64,000 nt of DNA. It comes from Podarcis gaigeae. Taxonomy: Eukaryota. Numbering within the stretch: position 1 is the first letter of the stretch; each line of letters begins with the position of its first letter. Location of the stretch: the NCBI GenBank assembly GCA_964106915.2, contig OZ066919.1. The stretch is one strand, 5' to 3'. Both the position numbers and the translations under genes were made by a program. Below the pieces are notes generated by a model. The model was given only the letters and a program-made list of their open reading frames with translations, ran no database searches and was not told where the DNA came from. Shown here one piece after another: positions 21,468 to 34,100 of the stretch.

Positions 21468-24400
21468 CTAAAATAACAACAACAACAACAAAATGATATT
21501 AGATGGAAATCATTTCACACAGTAAGTTTTATTCCAGTACATCTTGGTGCATGGATATCATGACTAAAATCTTATGCATACTTACTGGAGAATAACTCCT
21601 ACTGAAGTCAGTGGGACTTACATTCAAGTAAACATGCTTAGGATTATACTGTTAAACAGGACCACACACTTTTAGTTCACTCTCCAGAAACATAGGGTTG
21701 GGGGGTAGGGGTGAGGAGTAGAAGATATTAAACAAGTCTTTATGAGTGAAATTATCAAGGCTTTGAGACACTGGCACAGAAAAGGCACAATTAAATTGTG
21801 CATCAGTAGGAAGTAGCAATGGAAGACTTCAAATTTTAATAAAGATTTTGGACATTACATCTGAAACATAATTAGCCCTTTAGCTGAGCACCACTTTTTA
21901 AAATGGCTGCATATGGCTCCACAAACTACTCGATGATAGATCTTGATCTAATCCTGCATAGCATTTTGTATGTTACATAATATATGAATGGCTATCAATA
22001 TGACTTCTACAATGGTATTTTATTTACATTAACATATTCAGGCATATTTGCTACCAGAAATGCCTCTCCCTTTTTTTGCATTATGGCCTAACTGTACTAT
22101 AACTTTTATGAACTGAGATGGCTTCAGTACTGCAACCTCACAGAAATGCCCACCAAATCTAGAGAATGTCATCTTGCTAAGCAAAAATCACGTGCATGCT
22201 TTGCTTCTGCTGGGAGATGTCAAAACTCATCCCATGAAACCACCCTTGTAATCTTTTGTTTCCCTGAAAAAGCTAGCATGAACTGTCACTACCAGTTTAC
22301 ATATCCCATACTGTATTTGCCCCAATGATCACATCAGCTGATTAAGTTGGCAATTTCATTGGAGATTAGCTATAAGCAGGTGAGACCTCTTACAATATAT
22401 AATCAATATATATCTTCACAATCCTGTTTCATTAACAAGAGAATCATGAGATACTCTCTTCTGCACAAAAGGGCTCTTATCAAACCCAAAGCATTCTGAT
22501 ATCACAGAATATAATGTGGTAGGATGCTGGAAAATTGAGGACTTAAGTTACCTCAGATGGAACATATTGCTCCACAGCAGTAGTAACAGTTGCACAACAA
22601 ATCCAGAGCAACACCAGTACAGAAAGGACAAGTGTGGTTGTCAGTATCCAGCCAGAATTTCTGTAATATAAGAAAACAGATCAGCCATAAAGACAAGCTT
22701 GAGGTATATTGAAAATTGTATCCCCCCTAAATATTGTTTCTACACACACACACAATCCAAAATAGGCAGACTTAGATGCCATCACAGTCAACTACTGTAC
22801 CTTAATCTGGTCCCAGAAAATAAGCAAAAGCTACCATCTTTGAGCTTTCAAGATCTAATAAGAGGTTATTGCTTCCCATTACCATTTACCTTCAGTGAAA
22901 ATGATCACATGATCATGTCTCAGCTTAATAAGCCGAGATATGTACAGACACTATGCCTGTGAAATACAGTGATTTCCTTTCATGCTGTGCCTGAATGAAA
23001 TACAGAAATCTTTTTCAGTTAACCAGTTTTCAATTTCATCCAAACCAGGAACTATGGTTACTAGCTTCAGAATAACTTAACAATTACTGCCACAAGCCTA
23101 AAAGCACAACTACTTTAGCACCTTTCAGACTCAAACTGACCCTCAATATTATGTGAGCCAACAGCTTTGCTCAGAACTTTGTTTTACTTATAAATAGACC
23201 TAACATAGTAATATTAAAGAATGGTCTGAGTTTGGAAACAATGTTCAATGCAAGCAGCATGACAGCAATGTTTGTAGTAAAAGTTGTGCCACTATGGGCA
23301 TTTCCTCTTTTTAAAGAGCATTCAATTAGATACAGCATAAATGGTCAAAATGTTAATTTTAAGAAAATGTTTTGTGAAAACATTTCACATGATTGTTTTG
23401 GTAGTTGAACTACATGTGATATACAGCATTAGGGAATGAAACATGTTTCTCCCTTAAGCAATTACTTCATATGCTAAAATGTACATACATTGAAACACAT
23501 TTGAAGAAGTTATCACTTTCATCTTCGTCGAAGAATCCCTTGTGTGTCTGTGGACCTCCTGGCTGCAGATCTACTGAAAATCATAGTACATTTTTGTTTA
23601 ATTTTATCACAGAATCCAAGACACATGCTCAAGTGTCCAATCTTTCTGTACGCTATGAATGTCTACCCAACCCTTTTTCCTTCCGGTAAATCCTCCTACT
23701 AGACACAGCAAGCTCTTTAAATAAATGTTAAGATTGAGCAGTGCCATTTTTTTTAACTGGAAGGAAGTCCTAGGAAAAAGCGAACAGCTAAAAAATATCT
23801 TGTGAGTTTGTTTCTTACATTTGCAACACGCAGTGTCTTGCTGAACCAGAGCCAATGAAGCAACTGAAGTACAAAACTTGTAAAAACAAGTTTCAGTTGC
23901 CATGTTTAAACATCAGACAAAGATTGTGTCATCAAGCAAATTCCAAACAGTAAGCATCTTAAAAAATAAGCTACTGGTTTCCACAGTTATCTAATCATGA
24001 ATACAAATTGCCGGTCAGACACTGACAGTACATCCTTACTGTTTGGCAAACCATATTCTATTCCTTGAAGTTCCCTAAAACAACTTACAAGATGCTTTGC
24101 GAAATGATGGTTCTTTTAAATCCTGTGTTTCCTGACCAGGACTTTCAATGAACTGAACTTCTGGCTTTGACTGAAATAACAACAAAACCTTCAAATTAGT
24201 GAAACAAACCTAACATATTTACCTACATAATGACACAAACTGTAATTTAAATAGACACATTATATTTTTAAGCAGAGCAAAGCCATTAAAACAGAACACT
24301 CCCAGACATTCAACATGGAGTTATTTGATTTAAAACAGAATAACAAAAAACACCCTCCCTTAGTTCTCTTGAACTCTTATGTCAGAACAGCTAAGAGCAG

Positions 24401-27400
24401 GTTAGCAAGTACCTGGAATATTACTATTTTGCCATCATCAGCTTGAAGGTAGAAAGTCCATGAGGAGGTGATGAAGCTATGGGCTGTTTCCATCATATCA
24501 CTCCAGAATGATCTCACAAGCGTAAGGGGGAATAGAAGATGCATTCTTGGCATTAAGGACATGAGCTGCAAATAAATAGTGATTCACATATTAATATAAA
24601 AGCAACAATTTCAAACATGTCACAGAGCTTCTCTCCACAATTTACTTTTAAAATAGTTGAAGAATGGGAATACAAGCAGTGAAAATGTATTCACTCACTT
24701 TAATATAAATACTTACATGGTCTCGTCTCAGTTCAGCATATGGTAACTGATTCTGGCATCCAAGACGGCAGGCATATTGTTCATCAGACTGAGAGGTATA
24801 TGCCTCAGAACATGCTGTAAAAGACAGATTCTTTCAGTTTAAATGGTCACACCTTCCACATAAGCAGCTAAAGCACACTTGAATATTAGGGTGCAACACC
24901 ACAACATATTGCTACTAATGTTGGACTTCCCTTCCTGATGCTCATCTTTCCAATCAAATTATGTCAGTTGTGAGATAAGAGAGAGGCAAAATTGAACTAC
25001 ACTTCAGCATTCAGGATCTGTAAAAACAACCACACACCCTCCCCAAGTGACAGAAATACCAAAGAGGGGCAGGGTAAAACCAGAATACCCACTCACTTTC
25101 AGTATGACCCTGAGCTATATGCTTAGCTTTCAGTTTTGCCAACTCTCTCAGGATGCAACTTTTAAAAGGCTCCAGTTCCAGCATTTTAGATAGGAGACAG
25201 GCAAAACAATAGCACTGCAGAGTGAAAATAACAATTGTATACAGAGAAACTGCAGAGGGAAAATAAACTCTTCCCAGAACTGTGTACTCAGCAAGCCAAT
25301 TAGGGCTGCAATGCTATGTGTGCTTACTTGAAGTGAGCACTACTCAAAGTCAATGGATTTACTTCCAATCAAAGCTTACAAGATTATTATTCATGAATGT
25401 TTATATTTAATGTCCAATTCAGCATGGAAACAGAACTTTCTCTTCCATGACAGGCTCAATCTTGTGACGGGGTGCAGACCTATCTCATACGGTAGAAGCA
25501 AGACCCATACTGTCTCAACAAAGCTGCAAATAGCTTTGGGACTAAGAGATTCCTATCCCAGCTGCAAATAACTTTGTGACTGAAAACTTCTTAATTACAC
25601 TTTCTTTCATCTTAGATAACTCCTCTTTGTTTCAGAAAAATTCTCTTTCAAAGGAGAAGCTACAATTACAAAAATCTTAAGGCATCAACACTATTATATT
25701 TTATATCACAACATTCTATTACGTTGCAAACTTTTGTTTATTTTAATTTCTCATTTTATTTTTAAGCTTGCAATGACATTTTATGATAACTAACAAAATG
25801 TGACAAGGTGCATGTTTTAAGGCTTATTATTTTGTTATAGATTTCCCTGATGACAGGGTATCTGTGGCTTACACATGTTGACGTTAAGCCAAATTTACTT
25901 TTTTGACTTTGTAATAAATCAGATTTCATGCCCTTATGTGGACACTTATTTTGTTGCATGATTTTGGAAGCTTCCTCCTTGCTGAACTCTCTTGATGTTA
26001 ATCAATTAACATCATGCTGTTAATTCTTCTCTTAGGGAGATATCCAACTAAGTCACACTTCGGGTAGACTGACTGAAATAAAGTTCAATAAGCCTACTCT
26101 GAGTAGTGAAGAAAAGTGGTGACAACCCATATATTACAAGCTGAAAAAGAGGCTAGCTTATCTTACCGGAGTCACATTCCAACTTGGTCCGATTCAAATC
26201 AATCCCATCATCCACAAACTGACAAATGGAGAAGAGTCTGCAGCCCCTTTGACATGCATAGAGCTCTTCTTCCTGGTAATGAAAACCTAAGAGGTCAGTA
26301 TCACTCTTTTATAATCATCCTACTCTAACCCTACTCATACCACAAAGACATACACAATGTGCTGCACAATTTAACTTCAAAAAACTTTTTCTTTTATTAT
26401 TTCACAGAGCTACAAGAGTGAGCCAAGATTTTTCACTGAGACTTCAGCAGACTACTAAGGTTAGTAAAAGTAGGCTTTAATAGAAGTCTTGTATCTGATC
26501 CTTGAAACACCTTATACAAATATGAAACCAAGATGTTGATTGAAATATTATTATTTAGTTTACTTTGGAACAAGCTGCACAAATATAAACTATCTTGAGT
26601 GGGTGATTGTGGACCAGATCCAGGTGCCCTTGATGGAAATTTATTTTTTAGATCCATTTCAATCAGAGTTTAGGCTCTGTTTTGGCACAGAAACTGCTTT
26701 GATTGCCCTGTATGAGGACCTCTGTTGGGAGAGAGAGAGAGGAAATAGGTCCTGGTTAATTCTCCTCAACCTCTCAGCAGTTTTTGATACCACTGACCAT
26801 GATATCCTTCTGGAGTGGCTGTCCCGAGTTAGGGGTGGGTGGCACTGCTTTTGACCAACCTGTATTTGAGGTATCCTTTCTCCCCAGTCTAGAGACGTGG
26901 GTGGCGCTGTGGTCTAAACCACAGAGTCTAGGGCTTGCTGATCAGAAGGTTGGCAGTTCGAATCCCCACGACGGGGTGAGCTCCCATTGTTCGGTCCCAG
27001 CTCCTGCCCACCTAGCAGTTCAAAAGCACGTCAAGTGCAAGTAGATAAATAGGCGGGAAGGTAAACGGTGTTTCCGTGCGCTGCTCTGGTTCGCCAGAAG
27101 TGGTTTAGTCATGCTGGCCACATGACCCGGAAGCTGTCTGCAGCCAAATGCCAGCTCCCTCGGCCTATAGAGTGAGATAAGCGCGCAACCCGAGTCGTCC
27201 ACGACTGGACCTCATGGTCAGGGGTTCCTTTACCTTTCTCCCTAGTCAACATATGGACCCCTTCTCCTATAAGCTAGATATTTATCTATTATGAATATTT
27301 CAGTCTTAATCAGGAACCTGAAAGCAGGTGTAACACACATGCTCCAAAATGGTAATTCTTATGCGGTTCAACAATCAAATGACAATGTATAACTATGTAT

Positions 27401-29298
27401 TTCTTGTGTAGTAACAGTGCCATAGGTACCGTATCTATCAAGGAAAGTAACAGTGTCAATGTCTTAAAGCAGTATTGATTATACTGATGGGTGCAATGGC
27501 AAACAACGGCATGGAAGACATAAAGTAGCTAACAATAATATGGATGTGAAAGGAGGAATTTTGGCAGAGATATGAAGGAGCATGTTTGCCGAGAAGCCCT
27601 GGTCTGATGTGTCATTATGTTAACAGCTTGGCATAATCATCATGACAGGTAAAGAGAAACCTGTTATCTTGTACGGTAAGAAGCAGGTAGCTACAAGAAG
27701 CTACACAAATACTGGGCTGGGCAGGTGAAATTAAAGAATAATTTTCTCAGCTCCATGTATGCACTGGGAAGAAGAGAGTTAGGAAAGATATCAGGACAGA
27801 TACTGAACAAACACTCTTAGTGAATTTACAGTAGTATAAAAGTCAGCAAAGTGTCACTATTTTGGTTCTAGATGTGGAATTGGGGGAGTTATACAGGCTG
27901 GAAAGTGGGCTATAATGACAACTATATTTTTGTAATAAAAATGTAGAGATCAAATCCTGTAGATGATATAGACACAATACATTTTACTTTGCAGTTTGCT
28001 GAGAAATAAGAGTGCAATCCCATGCATGCCTACTGAAAAGCAGATTCCATTGAATTAGCTAGAGTTTAAGCTCAGGTAATGCACCTAAAATTGCAGCCTT
28101 AGTACCTCATGGGGAAACATAGAAAAGTTTCTGTTTCCATATGTCAATCAATCTGAAAATCATTAGCCCAACCATTATTTGGCCTTCAGACCAGCTGACA
28201 AAAGTGCTTGCATAGAAATCAGAATCTGAAGGCAGTCCCAGATACCTTACCTTAGCATTTTTCCTTTTCCTTAAAGTTGACAGCCTTTTTCAGGGGACAG
28301 CTGAGACCTATGCCAACATTTTGTAAGTCTCTTTGGGCCACTTCTATGAGGAATGCAGCTAACAGGTAACAACAATAAATCATGCCACTTTGCATTTTGG
28401 CACACGTGAAGGATTTATTTTTGCACACTTCCTTTGTGTACTAGCCAGCCCAACAAGCTGAGGAGAGGAAAGTGGAGGAGAGCAGATCGCACAGAACTTA
28501 GCGGACAGCAACTGTAGAGAGACTCCCACTTGCACCCAGCCAAGCTGCGAGGCCCCACCTCAGGCAGTCAAAGACTACCAGGTGAGAAATCCATCCACGG
28601 GTCCGCGTTCTCATAGCCACTTAGCGGTTGCAACCTCAGGAAGGGCATCGCAGCACTGGCAAAACCAGTCAGGCCCCATCCACCGGCCAAAGGGGGAGCA
28701 GCAGCTGCAGGGAGTGTGGCTTCCTTCCCATTCCCTCTCCTTGCTAGGAAGAATATGCAGCCCCGGCTGCCAGTTGCCCCGAGGGCTGCACAGCGAAAGG
28801 AGAACAAGCCACGGTCGCATCCCTACACTGAGGGTGGTGGTGGGGAGATCTTAAATATAAGCAGCGATGCCGCAGGGGCTGCCCCTCCTGCCCGCAACCA
28901 AGGGTCAGGTTCTTATTTTTTTATTTAAGAAACCAGGAGCGCCCGTGGCTTAAATACAGATGGCAGGATGAAAAGGGGGAAATGCAGAGAAGGTCCCACT
29001 AACCGGCTGCTATAGCGACGTGGTTCTTGGGGGGTGGCGGAATATTTCAGTAGGGAAGGTAGGGCGCCCCCCACCCCACCCGACCACCGCTTGTTACCTT
29101 GGGGTAAGTATGGAGCGGGTAGGTGCTCTGGCACGTCCGCTGGCAAGGGGCGGTGTTCCCCAGCGCCGGCTCGAAAGACTCGGAGAGGGACTCCGGAACG
29201 GGCTCTAATTCGGGCCGGGCCGCCTCGTCGCCCACAGCGAGCAGCAGCAGGAGAAGAAGAGACCCCAGCCCCAAACGGCTCGGCCGCAGCGCCGCCAT
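21315..29298 (-). CDS. TMEM59: Transmembrane protein 59, complement(join(21315..21467,22552..22660,23489..23573,24089..24170,24413..24565,24717..24814,26167..26272,29098..29298)), 328 aa (327 with the distal exon-6 acceptor)
   Basis: GT-AG exons sum to 987 nt in an open frame. Signal peptide, then TYPLHTYPK/EEELYACQRGCRLFSICQFVDDG, ITSSWTFYLQADDGKIVIFQ, TM WILTTTLVLSVLVLLWICCATV and tail QYVPSEKLSIYGDLEY..GPLPTKVNL. Confidence 0.97.
22552..22660 (-). CDS. TMEM59: TMEM59 exon 7 (TM helix)
   Basis: ttacag|A AAT TCT GGC TGG..TCT GAG|gtaact. Confidence 0.95.
23489..23573 (-). CDS. TMEM59: TMEM59 exon 6 (tandem acceptor; alternative boundary 23570)
   Basis: tttcag|TAG|AT CTG CAG..TCA AT|gtatgt. 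Confidence 0.9.
24089..24170 (-). CDS. TMEM59: TMEM59 exon 5
   Basis: tttcag|TCA AAG CCA GAA (SKPEVQFIESPGQETQDLKEPSFRKAS) T|gtaagt. Confidence 0.93.
24413..24565 (-). CDS. TMEM59: TMEM59 exon 4
   Basis: ttgcag|CTC ATG TCC (LMSLMPRMHLLFPLTLVRSFW..IVIFQ)|gtactt. Confidence 0.95.
24717..24814 (-). CDS. TMEM59: TMEM59 exon 3
   Basis: ttacag|CA TGT TCT GAG (ACSEAYTSQSDEQYACRLGCQNQLPYAELRRDH)|gtaagt. Confidence 0.95.
26167..26272 (-). CDS. TMEM59: TMEM59 exon 2
   Basis: taccag|GAA GAA GAG CTC..TCC G|gtaaga. Confidence 0.95.
26640..26852 (+). mobile_element. L2-clade LINE reverse-transcriptase fragment
   Basis: Translates to LDPFQSEFRLCFGTETALIALYEDL..LILLNLSAVFDTTDHDILLE, a degenerate QSGFR..TETAL..LDLSAAFDTIDH RT motif. 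Confidence 0.85.
26891..27237 (+). mobile_element. Sauria SINE (POM-like)
   Basis: Closely matches 9210-9556; (ACCTTT) tail; imperfect TSD TTTCTCCC(C/T)AGTC. Confidence 0.9.
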
Positions 29299-30450
29299 CT
29301 TGAGTCGCCAACCCCCAGCCAGACGGTTGTTTATTTTTGTTAACCGCCCCTTTCGCGCTTCCGGTTTCCGGCACCCGCCGAAGAGCTCTGCGGACTTAAA
29401 TGGGTTAGACTGGACGGAGGATGCGGACTTCCGGGTTTCTTTGTGCGGTTCACACCCTCTCCCTGGGCAGAAGGGAGAGCTGCCCATATAAAGGGAGCGG
29501 GTTGCGGGGATACGCTCGGATTTTAGTAGAACAGTATTTGTTCAGCGGTGTATTCCCTGGAGAAAGCAACCAGGAGAGGATGCCGTACTATTTGTAACTT
29601 AGTTTCATATGAAGAATTCGATAATTTGGGGTGTTAAAAATGATAAAAAGATTTTAAAACTTGGAAACCATAAGGTTTCTGCGTGAACGTTCAAGGGAGC
29701 GCGAGGCTTCTCAAGGCAGCTGAGCGCGCTGGATTTTGGCTCGGAGATCGGCTCTGAGGAGGCAACTGAACTGAGGCCGACACTGCTTCCTGCAACATGA
29801 GGGCTGATTGGTGGTGGTGGGGGGGAGCGTTAAGCACAAATCCACACCCGTCTTGGTCCTTCCTGCTTCTGGTTTGGAGGTAATAAAATCAAAGTACTCT
29901 CATTGTCTTGGAATTGATTATTTTAGAGCAATTTTAGGACACTTTCCACGCGACAGAAGCTTTATGTTAGAAACAGTATGAACATGATCGCTGTCCAATC
30001 ACAACCACGCTAAAAATCCTAGATTTCCCCAGTTTCCTGTGAACGGCGCTCTTTCTCTCTCGCGCTCTCCTTTTGGGGAAAAGTTCTAAGGAACCATGCA
30101 GCTTCCATCTCCAGGATGGGTGTTGTGCTACTTAAACTACAATCCCAACTCTACTGACATGAGAGTAAGCCCCACTAAATTCAACAGGACGTACTTCTGA
30201 GTAGCCATCACCCTTAAAAAAACAATAGGCTGCCTCCATGAATGACTTAGTGGCATGTGATTGGAAGAAGAGACATCGTGAGAGAGAGAGCCGCAAGACC
30301 TGCCGGGAAATGTAGTTCGGGGATGCTGGAGGCGGGATGGGAGCTGCCATAGCGGAAGCTAATAGGCGGCCGGGAAGCATCTTGAGCGACTGCTGCTCCT
30401 TCCCAGGTGAGTCCACCGCAAGTCCACCACCGTTCAGACCGTGGTCTCTC
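28900..30450. promoter_or_regulatory. Head-to-head CpG-island promoter of TMEM59 (-) and TCEANC2 (+)
   Basis: CpG-rich; YY1 motif GCCGCCATCTTG over the TMEM59 ATG (29291-29302); ETS/GABP TTCCGG sites (~29359-29370, ~29429); CCAAT boxes; ZNF143-type ACTACA motifs at 30136 and 30305-30317; donor CAG|gtgagt at 30406/7 for a probable non-coding first exon of TCEANC2. Confidence 0.8.
29098..29298 (-). CDS. TMEM59: TMEM59 exon 1
   Basis: AAGATGGCG Kozak; MAALRPSRLGLGSLLLLLLLAVG..TYPK|gtaaca. Confidence 0.93.
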
Positions 30451-31071
30451 TCCCCATCCTTCTCGGACATAATGTTTCTCTGGGTTTCACAGCATTCCCT
30501 GCCTTTTAACTCTCTTTGATCATCAAGCCTGCATTGTGAATGTTCTTCGTCCTTTCTCTATTGTCTGTTCGGCTTGCAATATAGGAAGGAATAGTAGCTA
30601 TCCGATCGCCCTCTTACCCTGGGTGCTAGTAGGAGTTCCTCTCAAATCTGTAGTTGAGGAAGAACATCCAAAACAGAGGGCATGACTCATCTTTGAGGGA
30701 TATTAACTCCTGGTCTCCATCAAACCATTGTTGCTTCTGAGAGGTTTGAGTACTTGTGGTCTGATACCCAATTTTCTTCTCTGTCTTCTGTTGTTACACA
30801 TTATTAACTCAGATGCCGTGATTTTATTCCAAACTGCCAGTTAGAGTATGAAAGTCTTTCTCCTCCCCCACTATTTCCCGCTATCATCATTTACTTCATA
30901 TTAATGGGCACTGTGCTGTGTTAGTCATAGCTGCAAGATCTGTATCAACCCCAGATATTCTACTGAAGAAGATAATTGTACAGTGCACACACACACCCAT
31001 ACACCCGGCCTTTGAAACAGAATTGTCTTTTTGCTCCATTCAGTGGCTTCTGTCTCTTTAAGGACTGTGTT

Positions 31072-31173
31072 ATGGATAAGTTTGTTATACGAAAACCAAG
31101 GACTGAAGGACAGCCTAAGGAGAAAGATCCTAGAGAAAAGATTTACAAGCAAGCTACTATAGAATCTCTGAAG
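31072..31173 (+). CDS. TCEANC2: TCEANC2 coding exon 1
   Basis: ATG GAT AAG TTT..CTG AAG|gtaaga. Confidence 0.94.
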
Positions 31174-34100
31174 GTAAGATATTGGATATGCTCAAATTAT
31201 TCTAATTTCATTAAATGTCTACTATAATATGTTATGGCTGTCCTTTTGTTTCAGATAGCTTGACAGTGTTTCTGAGCGTACAGATAGGGAAGGCAAAACT
31301 TAGCCAAGCAAAGGAGGAGAGTTATTGGGTTGTTTTCATTTTATGGTGTATTTTGTGTTCTCCTTTTGTTTCTTGATGTTGTGAACCACCTTGTGATCTT
31401 CAGATGAAGGGCAGTATACGAAATAAATAAATACTAGCAAAGCAGAAGTTATTTTGAGAGATAGGTAGGTACAAAATCCTATAGGGCAATAAGTACCTGG
31501 GTCTGGGTGGGTGTGGTTAGTCTCTTCACAGTCATTGGAACAAAATCATTAATGAACATGTTGCACAGTTAACTATTAAGGTTCCCTAAAGTAGTCAGAA
31601 ACACATCTTTTATAGTATGGGTTTGATCCAGAGAAATGTGGGCAGAAGTGGTTGGTTGCAAGATGACTTCCCTCCCCTTTCTTCTCCCTTTCCCTTTAGC
31701 CTTAACTCACCACATTCAGCAGGGTGTCTCCCCCCCCCCCCTTTCAGGAGAGGCTTGAGGGTTCTGTGGGGATGGATCTGATACTGTGCATGCAGTTTAC
31801 AAACCATTCCTGCTAGAGAGGTCCTAATGCGGTAGTTCAAAAGCTTCAGTGAAACTTTACTTGGTGTGCTGGACTACAGCATCTATCATCTCTTGATTAT
31901 TGGCCATGTTGTCTGGGGCTGATGGGAGTTAAGGGTCCAACAGGTGCTAGAGGGCCACAAGTTCCCCTCCCTTGGCAGAAGGAGTGGGTCCAAAGTGGTG
32001 AAGAAACTGCAAGAAGTCCATGTAAAGGCTGACAACAAAAAGTGCTGCATCAGTGAAGTAAAAAGTTAGCTTACAGTGGACCAAGTCAGGAGGGGGTGGT
32101 GGTTATATTTGCTTGAGGTGTTTGGCCTACTGAGATTTGGAATGAAGAATTTGGATGATGGGCTGTGGCTTGAAAAAAATATTTGGTAAGTGCAGGGATG
32201 ACCTTACATTGGGATGAGATGAAAAATAAGAGCTGGTAGTTGACAATACAATGAGGTGTTTTCATGTTTTGTTTTGTTTTAAAAAACCCTGCTTAAAACA
32301 CTCACTTCAGAATAGTAAGTGGATTGAAGATGGCAGTCTAATGAGTTTATTTTGCTTTCTAGATTTCTCTCATTTGCTTCACATCAGGGACTTACTGTGA
32401 AACAAGTATTCGTCTGTTTGGATTACCTAGGTTTCCTGCACTTAGTCTACCTGTCATATTTAATAATTCATAAGTCAATAGCAATCATATTAGCTGACAG
32501 AAAACAGTACATTTATCTGCAATAAGTTATGTGTGCCTCTTTCTGTCTCCTAATGATGATTGTTCTTTGCAGAGGGTTGTGGTTATAGAAGATATAAAAA
32601 GATGGAAATCTATGCTAGAGCTTTCAGTTCAGTCCAAGGAGAATCTAATTGAAGCCTTAATGGAATTAAAGAAGAAAATACCCTCCAAAGAAGTTTTACT
32701 TTCAACAAAAATAGGTAACATTTTTTTTTCTTTTCCCATTGGAAATATGTATGTGGTTCATTTGAATAAACTGAGACCTATCAGTTGTGCTCATTTTAAA
32801 AATGCTTGGCATGTTGAATATATATATATATATATATAATGTGAGCTTAAACCTGACTGGCATTTAAGTATCCATGTTAAAGACCTTTCCCCACTCTCTG
32901 CCCTCGCTGATCTTACGTTAGCTGTCTTAGTTGGTCATTATACCTCTAGCAGTAACCAAAGTTACCAAGGCAGCTTTAAATATATTTAAATACAATGAAT
33001 TAGTCAAGAACTCGTATGGAGAAGTGAAGATGTATACAGATGTTCCAGCTGTCATAACTGCTGTGCTAAATCTCTGGGCTTAATAGCAGGCTTTGGTGGA
33101 AATAACACTGGCCTGGAAACTGCTGGCAAAGCAGCCAAATGTCAGTCCATCTCATGGCAAGTCTTTTTCACCCATGTTACTGATTCCAGGTGCTTCCAAG
33201 CTTGCCCTCAGTTTTTAGAAGTTTCATTCATACTAATATGTCTTAATGTGTGCTAAGACTTTGTGTTGCTTTCATCTTCTGCAAGGTCATACAGTGAACA
33301 AGATGCGCAAACATTCAGATCAGGATGTGGCCGCTCTTGCCAAAGAAGTGTATACTGAGTGGAGAACATTCATCAAAGACCATTCAAATAGGCCCTCAAT
33401 AGAAGTGAGGAGTAATCCCAGGACAGAGAAGCTTAGGCAGAATGCACGGAAGCTACTTGCTGAAGCTCTAGAGCTGGAGGTGCTGTGTTTTTTATTACTC
33501 ATTTTCTGAAAATGGCTTTGAATGAGAAGCATTTTTCTTTACAAAGTTGGGGTGGTTCTGTTACGGATTTAGGGCATATGCCAGGAATTCAAAACGGAAA
33601 AGTGCTGATCTTAGTGACGAGAGGCATAAGGTTTAAATTCTAGTTGCACTTTATAGTGGATATGAGTCTGTATTTATAATTTGCTTGTTGTACACATAAC
33701 AACAACCTGAATGATTTGCAACTTACTTTTTAAAAAATAAGGGGAACAATGTATAACCTTGCCTATAGTGATTTAACTATTATTTATGTAACATTATGCT
33801 ATTTTATTTTATTTACACCTTGCCTCTTCCTCCCAAAGGAGCCCAAGTTGCAACAGCAAAACAAAACAAAAAATGTTCTGAAACAGTTAAAACATAATCT
33901 CATCCAGTGATTTCAGGGTTGCCAGAAACAGTGTCCTTCAGTCATCAAATGGCTGGGTATTAAAGACAGGCAGCCTGCTGAAATATGAGGAGACGTTATT
34001 ATCTCCATGAGTCTATGCAGCAGATTTCTTACTCTTCTCAGAGAATAATGGTAATGGAAATCACTCCAAAGGTCATCTAGTCCAACCCCTTGTGGATGCA

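Noticed and set aside
29299-29487. In-frame upstream ATG extending TMEM59 by 63 aa
   Set aside because: Lies across the promoter motifs and would bury the signal peptide; the ATG at 29298 has the Kozak/YY1 context
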